The notes beneath the pieces are model-generated. The model saw only the letters and a program-made list of their open reading frames with translations, searched no databases and had not been told where the DNA came from. Both the position numbers and the translations under genes were made by a program. A stretch of 21,819 bases of DNA, from NCBI GenBank assembly GCA_964459035.1, contig CAYWLO010000047.1:10182-32000 (forward strand). Direction: 5' to 3'. Shown here piece after piece: positions 20,592 to 21,819 of this stretch (positions are counted from its first letter, which is position 1; each line of letters starts with the position of its first letter). This DNA comes from an uncultured Polyangiaceae bacterium (GTDB lineage Bacteria; Myxococcota_A; Polyangia; Polyangiales; Polyangiaceae).

Positions 20592-21819
20592 TCAGCGAAC
20601 AACCGTCACTGTTTCCTGACAGCCAAATATAACGCGAACATCTGCTCCCGCGTCACTCAATATATCGTCACAAACGGTCCCGCAGATCACAATCTGTTTT
20701 CCGTCGGGACTAAACTGCCATCCTTCGGCGTTTTCACATTGGCCCTCACCAGCCTGAACCGCGTCCTGGGCAATGAAGGACTTCTTTCCTCCACTGGGAG
20801 TATACTCAACATTGACCAATTTCGGATCAACGAGCGCATTTGCAGGAACGTCGTACTCACAGGTATTGGCTGTCTCCTCAGTAATTCCCCTGAATTCAGC
20901 TCCGAGATCTTTGGCAAACTCAGTGCTCGTTGTCAGGTCGATATGACACGCCTCGCTCGCGTCGGCAGCGTCTTCCTTACAATCGGTGGATTTTCTCGTT
21001 CCGCCAAGTACGGCTATCTCCGAGAGAAGAGCTCGCGAACCTTCACTTCCAGGCGCTCCAATTGCGTAGGTACGAATACCGTAGAATTTCTCCGCCTCTG
21101 TGACAAAATCCTTCAAGTTTTCGATTGCGTCCGTTTGGCAAGTTTCTACCCCGTCGGTCATGAGGACCAAATAGTTGTCCCCCTCTAACTCACCGGAATG
21201 AATTCCTCGGCGTAAGACCTCTAGGCCACGAATTGCAGCTCCCGCTAGAGGAGTTTCTCCGGCCGCAGCTAGACTCAGGCCCTCACCTAGACTCGCCAAC
21301 TGATCGACAGTGAGTGAATCAAGAGAAACGGTCACATCACCTTGCGCCGGGACACCGCAATGAGCGTCGGTGGGAAAGGCAATGAGCCCCGCACTGACCC
21401 CGACCTGCCCGGCCAAAGTCTGAAGAGCACCGTTGCCCCCGGTAAGTGCGTCTTGAGTAATCTCCCACTTAGAGAGCTCCGTCGAATCGATCTTCTCAGG
21501 TAGCTTGCATTCGCTGTCAAAAGCGTTGCAATTCATACTGCCGCTTTTATCGACCACAAAGAGCAGGTTGGCCGGAACTAAGGTAGCTTCCTCGTCGGAC
21601 TCCGAGCAACTAACAGTTGCTCCCTGACCCGAGGAAGCTGCAGCCCCGCTGCCCCGTGCTCCCCCCAGGCCAAGATCAATATTGGATCCCTTGCCAGCAC
21701 CGGATGAACTAGCACCACTCCCCTCAGAATTCGTGCCCATCTCTCCGCCAGCGAGAGAATCTATCTCAGGAAAACTATTGCAGCCAATCGATAGTGAAAC
21801 AGCCACCGACAAGTACCAC
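20592..21819 (-). CDS. VWA-domain lipoprotein (paralog 2), 5' end probably just outside the window
   Basis: The frame stays open to the window edge (..WYLSVAVSLSIGC, lipobox LSIGC). G/S/A-rich linker. MIDAS elements LFVVDKSGSM, GETPLAGA, LVLMTDGVE. C-terminus CEYDVP...EYTP...C...GW...VICGTVCD...IFGC, parallel to paralog 1. Confidence 0.8.
   Translation of the reverse strand, partial: WYLSVAVSLSIGCNSFPEIDSLAGGEMGTNSEGSGASSSGAGKGSNIDLGLGGARGSGAAASSGQGATVSCSESDEEATLVPANLLFVVDKSGSMNCNAFDSECKLPEKIDSTELSKWEITQDALTGGNGALQTLAGQVGVSAGLIAFPTDAHCGVPAQGDVTVSLDSLTVDQLASLGEGLSLAAAGETPLAGAAIRGLEVLRRGIHSGELEGDNYLVLMTDGVETCQTDAIENLKDFVTEAEKFYGIRTYAIGAPGSEGSRALLSEIAVLGGTRKSTDCKEDAADASEACHIDLTTSTEFAKDLGAEFRGITEETANTCEYDVPANALVDPKLVNVEYTPSGGKKSFIAQDAVQAGEGQCENAEGWQFSPDGKQIVICGTVCDDILSDAGADVRVIFGCQETVTVVR

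Noticed and set aside
20739-21188. 149-aa + strand ORF (and 19655-19999, 19831-20061, 20393-20632) within the VWA genes.
   Set aside because: They are antisense to ORFs with clear lipobox and MIDAS motifs and have no independent signals.

Overview
Bacterial chromosomal window with about 18 protein-coding genes. I found no rRNA, tRNA, CRISPR array, transposase or integrase. The gene content hints at a Myxococcota-like ('delta'-type) lineage: an MJ0042-type zinc-ribbon/GYF protein, an atypical Hsp70, and many lipoproteins with Gly/Ser linkers. That placement is inference only.

Layout, left to right:
- 3' part of a lidless Hsp70 plus a J-domain partner, then a zinc-ribbon/GYF membrane protein (+ strand).
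- A long minus-strand run converging on these: YdiJ-like FAD/Fe-S dehydrogenase, secreted HEAT-repeat protein, GATase1-like membrane protein, DUF4159 protein, lipoprotein.
- A translationally coupled minus-strand trio: Cys-rich secreted protein, Bcp peroxiredoxin, lipoprotein.
- Two + strand genes: an unknown, possibly leaderless ORF and an orphan XRE regulator.
- A minus-strand array running from the window end down to 15935: two paralogous VWA lipoproteins, a radical SAM enzyme, a membrane-anchored DUF547 protein and a Cys-rich SAM methyltransferase.

The best candidate for an undescribed system is the tightly coupled radical-SAM / DUF547 / ArsM-like methyltransferase operon (15935-19122), possibly co-transcribed with the two VWA lipoproteins. 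The radical SAM enzyme has the cysteine layout of the archaeal tetraether-lipid synthase (MJ0619/Tes) family. The methyltransferase has an ArsM-like cysteine pattern. DUF547 has no known biochemistry. All homology calls come from motif recognition by eye and need HMM or structure confirmation.
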